32,000 nt of DNA from Trichlorobacter lovleyi SZ. GTDB taxonomy: Bacteria > Desulfobacterota > Desulfuromonadia > Geobacterales > Pseudopelobacteraceae. Shown here piece after piece: positions 8,925 through 17,894 of the stretch (position 1 is its first letter; every line of letters begins with the position of its first letter). The position numbers and the translations under genes were made by a program. The notes beneath the pieces were generated by a model. It saw only the letters and a list, made by a program, of their open reading frames with translations. It was not told where the DNA came from and made no database searches. The stretch spans positions 3,660,001 through 3,692,000 of the forward strand of contig NC_010814.1 of NCBI RefSeq assembly GCF_000020385.1, read 5' to 3'.

Positions 8925-10702
8925 ATGCTGACAGAGAAGAAATAGCAGCGGTGTATTCGGGTGGCGAGCAAGGCGGCAAGGAAGAGGCGACGCAGGCGTA
9001 CACAGCAGTACGTCGAGGAGCCTCTGACGAAACCAACGCAGCTCCCCGTTCGAATTCGCCGCTGCGGATAGTTGCATTAGGAGGCCTTGGTGAAATCGGC
9101 ATCAACTGCATGGCCTATGAATATGGCGATGATCTGATTCTGGTGGATGCCGGCCTGATGTTCCCTGATGCTGACATGCCCGGTGTGGACTATGTCATCC
9201 CTGATTTCAGCTGGCTGCGGGAGCGGGCTGACAAACTGCGCGGCATCCTGCTGACCCACGGCCACGAAGACCATATCGGCGCCCTGCCATTCCTGCTGCG
9301 TGAATTTCCGGCCCCGATCTACGGCACCGCCCTGACCCTGGGAATTCTGGAAGGCAAACTGCTGGAATACAAGGTCGAGGCGGATCTGAACCCGGTTAAG
9401 CCCCGGGACACCGTCACTCTGGGCAGTTTTCAGGTTGAATTCATCCGGGTCGCCCACTCGGTGGTGGATGGCTGTGCCCTGGCGATCCGCTCACCGGAAG
9501 GAGTGGTGATCCATACCGGCGATTTCAAGCTGGATCAGACCCCGGTGGATGGCGAGGTGACCGACCTGGCCACCTTTGCCCGCTACGGCGACCAGGGCGT
9601 CCTGGCGCTGCTGTCCGACTCCACCAACGTGGAGCGGGAGGGTTACACCATCTCGGAACGTTATGTTGGCGAGGCCCTCTCCGATCTGTTCCCCAAATGC
9701 AAGGGCAGGATCATTGTAGCTGCCTTTTCCAGTAATATCCACAGGGTACAGCAGGTGGCCGATGTGGCTGCCGCCTCTGGCCGCAAGGTGTTGCTGAATG
9801 GCCGTTCCATGATCGCCAACGTCAGGATCGCCCGCCAGCTGGGTTACCTGAAGATCAGTGACGACCTGTTGATGGACATTCGCGAACTGCCCCACATCCC
9901 CCGTGAACAGGTCTGCATGATCACCACCGGCAGTCAGGGAGAACCGCTCTCAGCCCTTTCCCGGATCGCCATGGATGATCACAAACAGATCAAACTGGAA
10001 AAGGGTGACACCGTCATCCTCTCCTCCCGCTATATCCCCGGCAACGAGCGGACCATTTCGGAACTGATCAACCACCTCTACCGCCGTGGCGCCGATGTCC
10101 ACCATGAAAAGGTCTCCGAGGTGCATGTCTCCGGCCACGCCTCCCAGGAAGAGCTGAAACTGATGATGAACATCACCCGGCCCCGCTTTTTCCTGCCGAT
10201 TCACGGCGAATACCGCCACCTGGTACTGCACCGCCGATTGGCCATGAAGGTAGGGATACCGGAAGAGCGCTGCCTGCTGGCGATCAACGGAGAGGTGGTC
10301 AACTTTTACAATGAAACCGCCTGTATTGAAGAAACCGTGGAGACCGGTCGGGTCTTTGTGGATGGCAAAGGGGTCGGTGATGTGGGAGAGGTGGTGCTGA
10401 AGGACCGACGCCACCTCTCTGAAGACGGCATGGTACTGGTGATCCTGGGGGTCAACCAGCACACCGGCGAGTTCATCTACGGCCCGGAGATCGTCTCACG
10501 GGGCTTTGTGTTTGAGGATGAAAGCCAGGCCTACCTGCAGACCGCCAGGGAGATGGTCCGGGAGGCCCTGAAAGAGTTGAGCGTTGAATTTCTGGCTGAC
10601 CGGGATGAGGTGCGCCAGATCGTACGTCAGACCCTGAAGCGGTTCTTCAAGAAGAGTATCGAGCGTCGACCGATGGTGCTGCCGGTGATATTGGAGATGT
10701 AA
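8921..10702 (+). CDS. rnj: ribonuclease J (metallo-beta-lactamase/beta-CASP RNase)
   Basis: The conserved core starts at LRIVALGGLGEIGINCM (about 9061). It has the HGHEDHIG zinc motif and beta-CASP and C-terminal domains. The first ~47 codons are a low-complexity extension that contains repeat copy A. Confidence 0.9.
   Translation: MNADREEIAAVYSGGEQGGKEEATQAYTAVRRGASDETNAAPRSNSPLRIVALGGLGEIGINCMAYEYGDDLILVDAGLMFPDADMPGVDYVIPDFSWLRERADKLRGILLTHGHEDHIGALPFLLREFPAPIYGTALTLGILEGKLLEYKVEADLNPVKPRDTVTLGSFQVEFIRVAHSVVDGCALAIRSPEGVVIHTGDFKLDQTPVDGEVTDLATFARYGDQGVLALLSDSTNVEREGYTISERYVGEALSDLFPKCKGRIIVAAFSSNIHRVQQVADVAAASGRKVLLNGRSMIANVRIARQLGYLKISDDLLMDIRELPHIPREQVCMITTGSQGEPLSALSRIAMDDHKQIKLEKGDTVILSSRYIPGNERTISELINHLYRRGADVHHEKVSEVHVSGHASQEELKLMMNITRPRFFLPIHGEYRHLVLHRRLAMKVGIPEERCLLAINGEVVNFYNETACIEETVETGRVFVDGKGVGDVGEVVLKDRRHLSEDGMVLVILGVNQHTGEFIYGPEIVSRGFVFEDESQAYLQTAREMVREALKELSVEFLADRDEVRQIVRQTLKRFFKKSIERRPMVLPVILEM
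8957..9050 (+). repeat. dispersed repeat, copy A (inside the rnj 5' coding region)
   Basis: The 35-nt core ggcgacgcaggcgtacacagcagtacgtcgaggag at 8986-9020 is identical to 10782-10816. The flanks are similar for ~25-30 nt on each side with one indel. Outer boundaries are approximate. Confidence 0.85.
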
Positions 10703-10750
10703 AATCCATCACCGGAATCAGCACAATTGCTCCCTTAGTCCGGTTTCAGT

Positions 10751-10847
10751 TCTGGGATGATAGCAAGGCGGCGAGGAATTCGGCGACGCAGGCGTACACA
10801 GCAGTACGTCGAGGAGACGAAGACGAGCCAACGAAGCTAGCGCCCTT
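10751..10847 (+). repeat. dispersed repeat, copy B (intergenic, between the convergent rnj and acyl-CoA synthetase genes)
   Basis: Same orientation as copy A, with the identical 35-nt core at 10782-10816. It contains the small hairpin cgtac-acagca-gtacg (10793-10808). Confidence 0.85.
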
Positions 10848-10861
10848 AAATGGAAGCGGCA

Positions 10862-12499
10862 CTACAGATATTTCTCCCGCAGCGCCACCTTGTTGACCTT
10901 GCCCACACTGGTCTTGTCAATCGCCTCCACCAGCTTGACCTTCAGCAGCACCACCTGCTTGGTAACCACCCCTTTATCGGCATATTCCCGCACCAGATGG
11001 GTCAGCTCCTTCTCGGTTACCGGATTATCAGGCTTGGCCACCACCAGGGCCAATGGGCGCTCACCCCATTTTTCATCCGGCTGACCGATCACCGCCACTT
11101 CAGCCACACCGGGATGGTGAGCAATGATATCCTCCAGTTCCAGTGATGAAACCCATTCCCCCGACACCTTCAGCACATCCTTGGTCCGGTCGGTGATCTT
11201 GACGTAACCCTGTTCATCCCGCACCGCCACATCACCGGTGTGCAGGTAGCCGCCTTCCCAGAGCCGTTCCGATGCCTTGTGATCCTTCAGGTAGCCCTGG
11301 GTCAGCCAGGGTGCCCGTACCACGATCTCACCGGTACTCTTGCCGTCGCGAGGCTGCTCCTGACGGGCACTGTCCACAATCTTCAGATCCACCAGCGGCA
11401 AAGAGCGACCGGTCTTGCAGCGGATAACCGCCTGTTCTTCAGGTGAAAGCTCCAGCATTTCCGGCGTCAGATGGGAGATGGTCAGGATCGGGCAGGTCTC
11501 GGACATACCGTAGCCGGTAAACAGGTCAATCCCGCGCTGCAGGGCATCAAGACACAACGCCCGCGACATGGCAGCCCCGCCGATGATCACCTTCCAGCCG
11601 GACAGATCCATCCTCCCGGCATGGGGATGTTTCAGCAGCATATGCAGGATGGTGGGGACGCAGTGAGAGAAGGTGACCTTTTCCCTGTCAATCAGTTCCA
11701 GCAGGTGATCCGGCAGATAACGGCCAGGATAGACCTGTTTGACCCCCAGCATGGTGGCCACGTAAGGCAGCCCCCAGGCATGGACATGGAACATCGGGGT
11801 GATCGGCATGTAGACATCCTGGCGGTTGAAACCGCCGTGGCTGACCGACGACCCCAGCACCGCAAGCACCCCGAGGGTGTGCAGCACCAGCTGGCGATGG
11901 CTGAAGTAGACCCCCTTGGGCATGCCGGTGGTACCGGTGGTGTAGAAGGTGGTGGCACGGGTGTTTTCATCAAAATCCGCAAAGTTGAACTGATCTGAGG
12001 CTGCTGCCAGCAACGCCTCATATTCACCGCTAAAGGGGATGTGGCTTTCAGGCACTGTCGGCTCATCATTCAGCAGCACAAAGCTCTTGACCGTATCCAT
12101 CCGGCCCCGGATCTGCTCCAGAATCGGCAGAAACTCACTGTTGACCAGCAGCACATCATCTTCGGCATGGTCAATGGTATAGAGGATCTGCTCCGGCGAG
12201 AGCCTGACATTGATGGTATGCAGCACCGCGCCGATCATCGGCACGGCAAAGAAGCATTCCAGATAACGGTTTGAATCCCAGTCCATCACCGCCACCGTAT
12301 CCCCGCGCTTGACGCCGAGATCGGTCAGGGCATTGGCCAGCCGCGCCACCCGCTGCCGCAGGTCGCGGTAGCTGAAGCGATGGTCGCGGTAGACAATCTC
12401 CTGGTCCGGGGTATCAACCACCGGGCAGAACAGCAGATTCTTGATCAGCAGCGGATATTCATAGGCAGAAGGGGTACGGGTAATCAGGGCATCGGGCAT
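10862..12499 (-). CDS. AMP-dependent acyl-CoA synthetase (fatty-acid--CoA ligase family)
   Basis: AMP-binding motif YTTGTTGMPKG and the GYGMSE and GYLHTGD...ITDRTKD blocks. ATG at 12499 (MPDALI...) with an upstream GGAG is preferred over the TTG at 12511. Confidence 0.9.
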   Translation of the reverse strand: MPDALITRTPSAYEYPLLIKNLLFCPVVDTPDQEIVYRDHRFSYRDLRQRVARLANALTDLGVKRGDTVAVMDWDSNRYLECFFAVPMIGAVLHTINVRLSPEQILYTIDHAEDDVLLVNSEFLPILEQIRGRMDTVKSFVLLNDEPTVPESHIPFSGEYEALLAAASDQFNFADFDENTRATTFYTTGTTGMPKGVYFSHRQLVLHTLGVLAVLGSSVSHGGFNRQDVYMPITPMFHVHAWGLPYVATMLGVKQVYPGRYLPDHLLELIDREKVTFSHCVPTILHMLLKHPHAGRMDLSGWKVIIGGAAMSRALCLDALQRGIDLFTGYGMSETCPILTISHLTPEMLELSPEEQAVIRCKTGRSLPLVDLKIVDSARQEQPRDGKSTGEIVVRAPWLTQGYLKDHKASERLWEGGYLHTGDVAVRDEQGYVKITDRTKDVLKVSGEWVSSLELEDIIAHHPGVAEVAVIGQPDEKWGERPLALVVAKPDNPVTEKELTHLVREYADKGVVTKQVVLLKVKLVEAIDKTSVGKVNKVALREKYL

Positions 12500-12524
12500 G
12501 GGAAACTCCAAGGCAAATTAATCG

Positions 12525-12662
12525 GGATTTTGAAAAACGTAATGAGGAAGGCCGGATACTAGGCGCACGGAGCACAGCGACCGAGACATAACCTTTTGTT
12601 AGGCGAGGAAGCGAGCACCGCGCAACGACGTAGACGGCCTCCGGAGTAGATTTTCAAAATCC
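12525..12662. repeat. 138-bp imperfect palindrome with 12-bp perfect terminal inverted repeats (MITE/REP-like)
   Basis: GGATTTTGAAAA (12525-12536) is the exact reverse complement of TTTTCAAAATCC (12651-12662). The arms are partly complementary (ggaaggccg / cggcctcc, gcgc..gg.gc). It fills almost the whole spacer between the cobL stop (12665) and the synthetase start (12499). Confidence 0.8.
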
Positions 12663-12664
12663 TG

Positions 12665-13882
12665 CTATTCGGCGCCTTTCCAGGCGGTGATAACATACAC
12701 CGGATTCTGGGCCTCAAACAGTTTGAATTCAGTCAGCGGCTTGGTGCGGGAGACGTTGATACAGACCACCTCGATCTGATAGCCGTGGTACTCAAGTGCC
12801 TCAACACTCTTGGTCAGGGTATCCAGCGTAACCGCGTTGATCACGATCAGGCCGTCTCCCTTCAACCGCCGGTCGACCTGTTCGATGATCTCTTCCAGAT
12901 TGCCGCCTGCCCCGCCGATAAAAACCCGGTCCGGGTCAGGCAGATCATCCAGCCCGTCCGGTGCATAGGCCTCAACCAGCTTGACGTTGCGGGCACAGAA
13001 CTTGTCAAGATTCTGCTTCAGGAAGGTGATGTACTGGCTGTTTTTCTCGATGGCAAACAGCTTGCCGTTGGGGATCAGGTTGGATGCCTCGATGGAAACC
13101 GAGCCGGAACCGGCGCCGATGTCCCACAAGACCAGATCATTCTGCAGCTTGAGCTTGGCCAGGGTGACGGCACGCACCTCCTGATGGGTAAAGTGCTTCT
13201 TCATGGAAGCGAACTCATCGTCATCAACGCCGATCAGGGGGTAACGGGTCAAGGTCGGTTCCCAGGCCCGTACCAGGATCAGGATATTCAACTCGGAGTG
13301 CTGCAGGGTCAGAAGCCCCTTGATGGTGGTACGGGTAAACTTCTCCGTCGGCATCCCCAGGTCTTCGCAGAGCCAGGCATCGTACCCCTCTGCCCCCCGG
13401 TCGATCAGCTCACGGGCGATCAGGGCCGGGGTGTTGACCGCATCGGTCAGGATACAGGCCTTTTCGGCAGCAATGATCTTGTCTATGGAGCGGGCCATGC
13501 CGCGTCCCTGGATTGACAGAAAGATGGCGTCATCCCAGGGTTCCTTGATCCGGGCAAAGGCATACTGCATGCTGGTGACATTGGCAAAGATCTCCAGCCG
13601 CTGCTTGGGCAGGTTGCGCAGCAGAAAACGGCCGGTGCCGAAAAAGTTCGGGTCGCCGGTGGCCAGCACCACCACCCGTTTGTCGGTAGCCTGCAAAAAG
13701 GCCAGCAGCGGAGCCAGTTCCCCCAGCACCATTTTTTCTCCGGCAAAGTCGGGAAAACGGTCAAGGTGACGCTGACGCCCCACCAGCACCTCGGCATGAA
13801 CAATAACTTCCAGCGCCTTATCGCTTAACCCCTCACAACCTGCAATGCCGGCCCCGATCAGATAAATGGTGTTCTGTGCCAT
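12665..13882 (-). CDS. cobL: precorrin-6Y C5,15-methyltransferase (decarboxylating), fused CbiE/CbiT
   Basis: 405 aa. N-terminal tetrapyrrole methylase half (IYLIGAGIAG...VVLATGDPNFFG) plus a C-terminal class I methyltransferase half (LWDIGAGSGSVSIE). Confidence 0.87.
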   Translation of the reverse strand: MAQNTIYLIGAGIAGCEGLSDKALEVIVHAEVLVGRQRHLDRFPDFAGEKMVLGELAPLLAFLQATDKRVVVLATGDPNFFGTGRFLLRNLPKQRLEIFANVTSMQYAFARIKEPWDDAIFLSIQGRGMARSIDKIIAAEKACILTDAVNTPALIARELIDRGAEGYDAWLCEDLGMPTEKFTRTTIKGLLTLQHSELNILILVRAWEPTLTRYPLIGVDDDEFASMKKHFTHQEVRAVTLAKLKLQNDLVLWDIGAGSGSVSIEASNLIPNGKLFAIEKNSQYITFLKQNLDKFCARNVKLVEAYAPDGLDDLPDPDRVFIGGAGGNLEEIIEQVDRRLKGDGLIVINAVTLDTLTKSVEALEYHGYQIEVVCINVSRTKPLTEFKLFEAQNPVYVITAWKGAE

Positions 13883-13917
13883 GGCTGTTCCTCCCGTACT
13901 ATCCTGCTGTGGAGCGC

Positions 13918-13946
13918 AGTATAGTGCATCTTTCGGCAGGCGGCAA
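13918..13946 (-). promoter_or_regulatory. candidate sigma-70 promoter for cobL (TTGCCG-17-TATACT)
   Basis: -35 at 13941-13946 and -10 at 13918-13923 on the minus strand, with a 17-nt spacer, ~36 nt upstream of ATG 13882. Sequence match only. Confidence 0.3.
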
Positions 13947-13982
13947 ACGGAGATTCGAGAAAAGGGAAGGATGGGCAGCAGT

Positions 13983-15104
13983 CTAGACCATGGTGGTGAT
14001 GGTCTTGCGGAAACGGGCCAGCGAAAGACTGAACAGGAGGGAGCCGATCAGGGCCAGGGAGATTAACTGGGGCCAGACCACCGCCAGTCCAGCTCCGCGA
14101 TACAGAATGGCCTGCGCCAATATGACGAAATGTGTATTCGGTGCAGCCAGCATGATCCACTGGACAGCGTCTGGCATGCTTTCGCGCGGCGTGGTGCTGC
14201 CAGAAAGAATCTGCAACGGCAGCAGCACCAGCATCATCAACAGGCCGAACTGCGGCATGGAGCGGGCGATGGTACCGAGGAAGATACCAAGAGAGGTGGT
14301 GGCAAACAGGTGCAGGGCGGTGCCGACCAGAAAGAGGGTGACGGAACCTTCGATAGGCACCCTGAGCAATCCCTGGACAACCAGGGTCAGCGAGCAGGCA
14401 GTGGTTGTCAGCACCACCAATGCCATGGCCCAGACCTTGGCAGCCATGATCTCGAACGGGGTAACCGGCATCACCAGCAGATGTTCCACCGTGCCATGCT
14501 CCCGCTCACGAATCAGGGCCGCACCGGTCAGGATAATGGAAAGCATGGTAACACTATTGATAATCTGCATCACCGAACCGAACCAGAACTGGTTCAATTC
14601 GGGGTTGAAGCGCGCCCGGAGGTTCAGTGCGACAGTCGCAACAGTGTCGGCTCGGTGGCCTTGCAGAAAGGCGCTTGTTTCAGTGGTAATGATGGACTGG
14701 ATGTAGCCGCTGCCGGTGAAGGCCTGACTCATCCGGGTGGCGTCCACATTAAGTTGAATGGCCGGTGAGCGACCGGCCAGGACATCCCGTTGGAAGTTTG
14801 GAGGAATATTGATAGCAAAAGTATCGAGACCGGCATCCATGCGTCTGTCCATCTCGGTACGCGTAATCATCGCCGGTGGATTGAAATGCGGGGCGATAAA
14901 GGCATCGGCAATACGGATCGAGAGTTGCGAACGGTCCTCGTCAACAATGGCAATCGGTGCCTTGTGCAGTGTTTCAGGCATCGCCTTGGCAGCTGAATAG
15001 ACCTCAAAGCTGAAGGCATACACAATCAGTGTCAGCAGCATCGGGTCGCCCAGCAGGCTGCGCAGTTCTTTGACACCCAGGTGCAGGATATTGGCGGCAC
15101 GCAT
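13983..15104 (-). CDS. yhhJ: ABC-2 type transporter permease (YhhJ-like)
   Basis: 373 aa with one N-terminal TM helix, a large extracytoplasmic loop and five C-terminal TM helices (ABC2_membrane architecture). Its start directly abuts the stop of the upstream fused ATPase gene. Confidence 0.82.
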   Translation of the reverse strand: MRAANILHLGVKELRSLLGDPMLLTLIVYAFSFEVYSAAKAMPETLHKAPIAIVDEDRSQLSIRIADAFIAPHFNPPAMITRTEMDRRMDAGLDTFAINIPPNFQRDVLAGRSPAIQLNVDATRMSQAFTGSGYIQSIITTETSAFLQGHRADTVATVALNLRARFNPELNQFWFGSVMQIINSVTMLSIILTGAALIREREHGTVEHLLVMPVTPFEIMAAKVWAMALVVLTTTACSLTLVVQGLLRVPIEGSVTLFLVGTALHLFATTSLGIFLGTIARSMPQFGLLMMLVLLPLQILSGSTTPRESMPDAVQWIMLAAPNTHFVILAQAILYRGAGLAVVWPQLISLALIGSLLFSLSLARFRKTITTMV

Positions 15105-17894
15105 TCAGCGTTCCTGTTTCCTGAGCAGGGCCGTGGCCAGGGCCAGCAGAAGAGGCACAGCCAGCAACAGGGGCACAAATGATGCTTGGAGATCAGCAAA
15201 GCCGAGTCCCTTGGAAAACGCACCACGGGCGATAATCAGAAAGTAGGTTGTCGGATAAACGCTGCCGATTGCGGCCCCGGCACCTTCCAGCGAGGAAACC
15301 GGATGAGTCAGGCCAGAGAACTGCACTGCCGGCAGGAGGGTCAGAATAGCGGTGCCGAACAGGGCAGCGATCTGGCTGCGCATAAAGCTTGAAATTACCA
15401 GACCAAAGGCGGTTGCCGCAACCACGTACAAAAATGCTCCAGCCGTCAGGGCTGCAAAACTGCCTTTCAACGGCACCCCGAAGATAAAAATCGCCTGCAG
15501 GGTCAGCATCAGAAAGCTCAGCATGGCCAGTGTCAGGTAGGGGAGTTGTTTGCCCAGCAGAAACTCCAGCCGGGTCACCGGGGTGACATAGAGATTGACA
15601 ATCGAGCCCAACTCCTTTTCACGCACCACTGAAAGAGCGCTCAACATGGCCGGAATCAGCATCAAAAGGAGCGGAATGACTGCCGGCACCATTGCCACCA
15701 AGCTCTTGACATCAGGATTGTAGCGATAGCGGATCTCGATCTCAGCTGCGGAGGCCGTGGCCGATGCGCCCCGTTTTTCCCGGGCCAGGGACGTCAACCA
15801 CTGGGCATGCATCCCCTGCACATAACCTCGGATTGTTTCAGCCCGTTGCGGCATGGCGCCATCGATCCAGGCGCCAACGCTGACCGGTGTGCCCCGTTGC
15901 AGATCACGGGCAAAACCGGGCGGGATTTCGATGGCCAGGCTGATTTCACCGGCACGCATGCGGCGATCCAGATCTGCATAATCCTTAAGGGCCGGCCGCT
16001 CACTGAAGTAGCGTGAACCGGCAAGGTTGAGCAGATAATCACGACTGATCGGCGTCTGATCCCGGTCGAGCACGGCAAAGGTCAGGTTCTCCACATCCAT
16101 GGTAATGCCGTAGCCCATCACAAACATCAGGATCACGTTCCCCAGCAGGGCCAGGGTCAGTCGGATCGGATCACGCATGAGCTCCAGCGCCTCACGCCGG
16201 GCATAACTGAACAGACGCTGCAGACTGAAGAAGCCTGATTGGGCTGTTGGAATACCGGACTGAGAATGATTGAAGGCAAGAGAAGCATCGAGCGGTCCGG
16301 CAACGGCTTCAGTGGAGGCAGGTATTACCGTATCAATGGCCTCTTTCAGGTAGCCGATAAACGCCTCTTCCAACGTGTCTGCACCGCGAGCCGCCCTCAG
16401 CGCCGCCGGTGTGTCACTGACCAGCACCCGGCCGGCGTGCATCAGTGAGATCCGGTCGCAGCGTTCCGCCTCGTTCATGAAGTGGGTCGAGATAAAGATG
16501 GTGACCTTGTCCTGACGGGCAAGGTCGACCATGATCTGCCAGAAGGCGTCCCGGGCCACCGGATCAACCCCCGAGGTCGGTTCATCGAGGATCAACATCT
16601 CCGGGCCATGAATCATGGCCACCGCCAGCGAAAGGCGTTGGCGCTGCCCCAGCGGCAGGGCATCGGGCAAACTCTCCATCACCTGATTCAGCCCGAAGCG
16701 CTCCGCCATCCCGATAACACGGGCAGGGATCTCCGCTTCCGGCATACTGAAGAGACGTGCGTGCAGAACCAGATTCTGCCGCACCGTCAGCTCGCTGTAA
16801 AGCGAGAAGGACTGGGTCATGTAACCAACCCGGCGACGGGTTTCGATGTCGCGGGGATCCACTGGACGGCCAAAGAGCCAGGCTTCACCTGCGCTGGCCT
16901 GCAGCAGTCCGGTCAACATTTTCATGGTGGTGGTCTTGCCACAGCCGTTTGAGCCGAGAAAGCCGAAGATCTCCCCCTGGCCGATGCGGAAGCTGACCTG
17001 GTCAACAGCAACAAAATCACCGAAACGCATGGTCAGACCCTGGGCCTCAATGGCGGCCTCACCGTCGTCTTCAGCCTCCCGTGGCGGGATGCTGACCGGC
17101 CGGTACCCCTCACGCTGTACCTGGGGCAGCAGGGCAATGAACGCCTCTTCCAGGGTTGTGCTGCCGGTCTTTGCCAGCAGCTCTTGTGGGGTACCGCTGG
17201 CCAGCAGTTGACCGGCATTCATGGCGACCAGCCAGTCAAACCGGGCTGCCTCTTCCATGTAGGCCGTGGCAACCAGCACACTCATGCCGGGCCGACCGGT
17301 CCTGATCCGCTCAATCAGCTCCCAAAACTGGCGACGCGACAGGGGGTCAACACCGGTGGTGGGTTCATCCAGGATCAAGAGGTCGGGATCGTGGATCAGG
17401 GCACAGCAGAGCCCCAGTTTCTGTTTCATCCCCCCGGAGAGCTTACCGGCAGGCCGGTCTGCAAAGGGTGCCAGCCCGGTGGCCTGCAGCAGTTCGGCAA
17501 TGCGTCGTTCACGCTCCCGGCGGTCATGGCCGAACAGCCGGGCAAAGAACTCCACATTTTCAAAGACGGAGAGGGTTGGATAGAGGTTTTTACCCAACCC
17601 CTGCGGCATAAAGGCGATCCGGGGGCAGATCTCCCGGCGGTGCCGCCGGTCAGCCATGCTGCCGCCCAGCACCTCAGCCTGACCGGCCTGGATGGCCCGT
17701 GAACCGGCAATCAGAGAGAAGAGGCTGGATTTACCCACGCCGTCAGGGCCGATCACACCGACCAGACAGCCGGCCGGCAGTTCCAGGCTGATATCTGTCA
17801 ACGCCACCGTCTTGCCGTAGCGCAGACTGATCCCCTGCAGCCGTGCTACAGGCGGCAAAATCAGATGCCTGCTTGGTGTGGCAGCTCCGTTCAT
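15105..17894 (-). CDS. rbbA: fused double-ATPase/ABC-2 permease (RbbA/YhiH-like)
   Basis: Two ABC cassettes (Walker [10 protein letters not shown] and GSNGCGKTT; signatures LSGGMKQK and LPLGQRQR) followed by an ABC-2 membrane domain. ATG 17894 overlaps the HlyD-family stop (ATGA). Same architecture and neighbours as E. coli yhiI-rbbA-yhhJ. Confidence 0.85.
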   Translation of the reverse strand: MNGAATPSRHLILPPVARLQGISLRYGKTVALTDISLELPAGCLVGVIGPDGVGKSSLFSLIAGSRAIQAGQAEVLGGSMADRRHRREICPRIAFMPQGLGKNLYPTLSVFENVEFFARLFGHDRRERERRIAELLQATGLAPFADRPAGKLSGGMKQKLGLCCALIHDPDLLILDEPTTGVDPLSRRQFWELIERIRTGRPGMSVLVATAYMEEAARFDWLVAMNAGQLLASGTPQELLAKTGSTTLEEAFIALLPQVQREGYRPVSIPPREAEDDGEAAIEAQGLTMRFGDFVAVDQVSFRIGQGEIFGFLGSNGCGKTTTMKMLTGLLQASAGEAWLFGRPVDPRDIETRRRVGYMTQSFSLYSELTVRQNLVLHARLFSMPEAEIPARVIGMAERFGLNQVMESLPDALPLGQRQRLSLAVAMIHGPEMLILDEPTSGVDPVARDAFWQIMVDLARQDKVTIFISTHFMNEAERCDRISLMHAGRVLVSDTPAALRAARGADTLEEAFIGYLKEAIDTVIPASTEAVAGPLDASLAFNHSQSGIPTAQSGFFSLQRLFSYARREALELMRDPIRLTLALLGNVILMFVMGYGITMDVENLTFAVLDRDQTPISRDYLLNLAGSRYFSERPALKDYADLDRRMRAGEISLAIEIPPGFARDLQRGTPVSVGAWIDGAMPQRAETIRGYVQGMHAQWLTSLAREKRGASATASAAEIEIRYRYNPDVKSLVAMVPAVIPLLLMLIPAMLSALSVVREKELGSIVNLYVTPVTRLEFLLGKQLPYLTLAMLSFLMLTLQAIFIFGVPLKGSFAALTAGAFLYVVAATAFGLVISSFMRSQIAALFGTAILTLLPAVQFSGLTHPVSSLEGAGAAIGSVYPTTYFLIIARGAFSKGLGFADLQASFVPLLLAVPLLLALATALLRKQER

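Noticed and set aside
10711-10744. Hairpin accgga...tccggt just after the rnj stop, as an intrinsic terminator.
   Set aside because: It has only a 6-bp stem with a 22-nt loop and no following U-tract.
12560-12646. Strings reminiscent of c-di-GMP (GEMM-I) riboswitches (cgcacgg..., gacggcctccgg) inside the palindromic element.
   Set aside because: The resemblance is on the plus strand, where no downstream gene exists. The conserved ACGCACAGGGCAAACC and GGGACGCAAAGCC blocks are not actually present.
13883-13982. Expected cobalamin riboswitch upstream of cobL.
   Set aside because: The leader is only ~100 nt, and I see no B12-box-like GCCACTG element or the multi-stem architecture. A covariance-model scan would be needed to be sure.
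13990-14768. 238-aa and 212-aa plus-strand ORFs.
   Set aside because: They are antisense to the well-supported ABC-2 permease gene. Their compositions are Arg/Ser/Thr- and Gly/His/Gln-rich with no motifs.
16482-17702. Several 105-172-aa plus-strand ORFs.
   Set aside because: They are antisense to the RbbA-like gene, which has two complete ABC cassettes. They are shadow frames.
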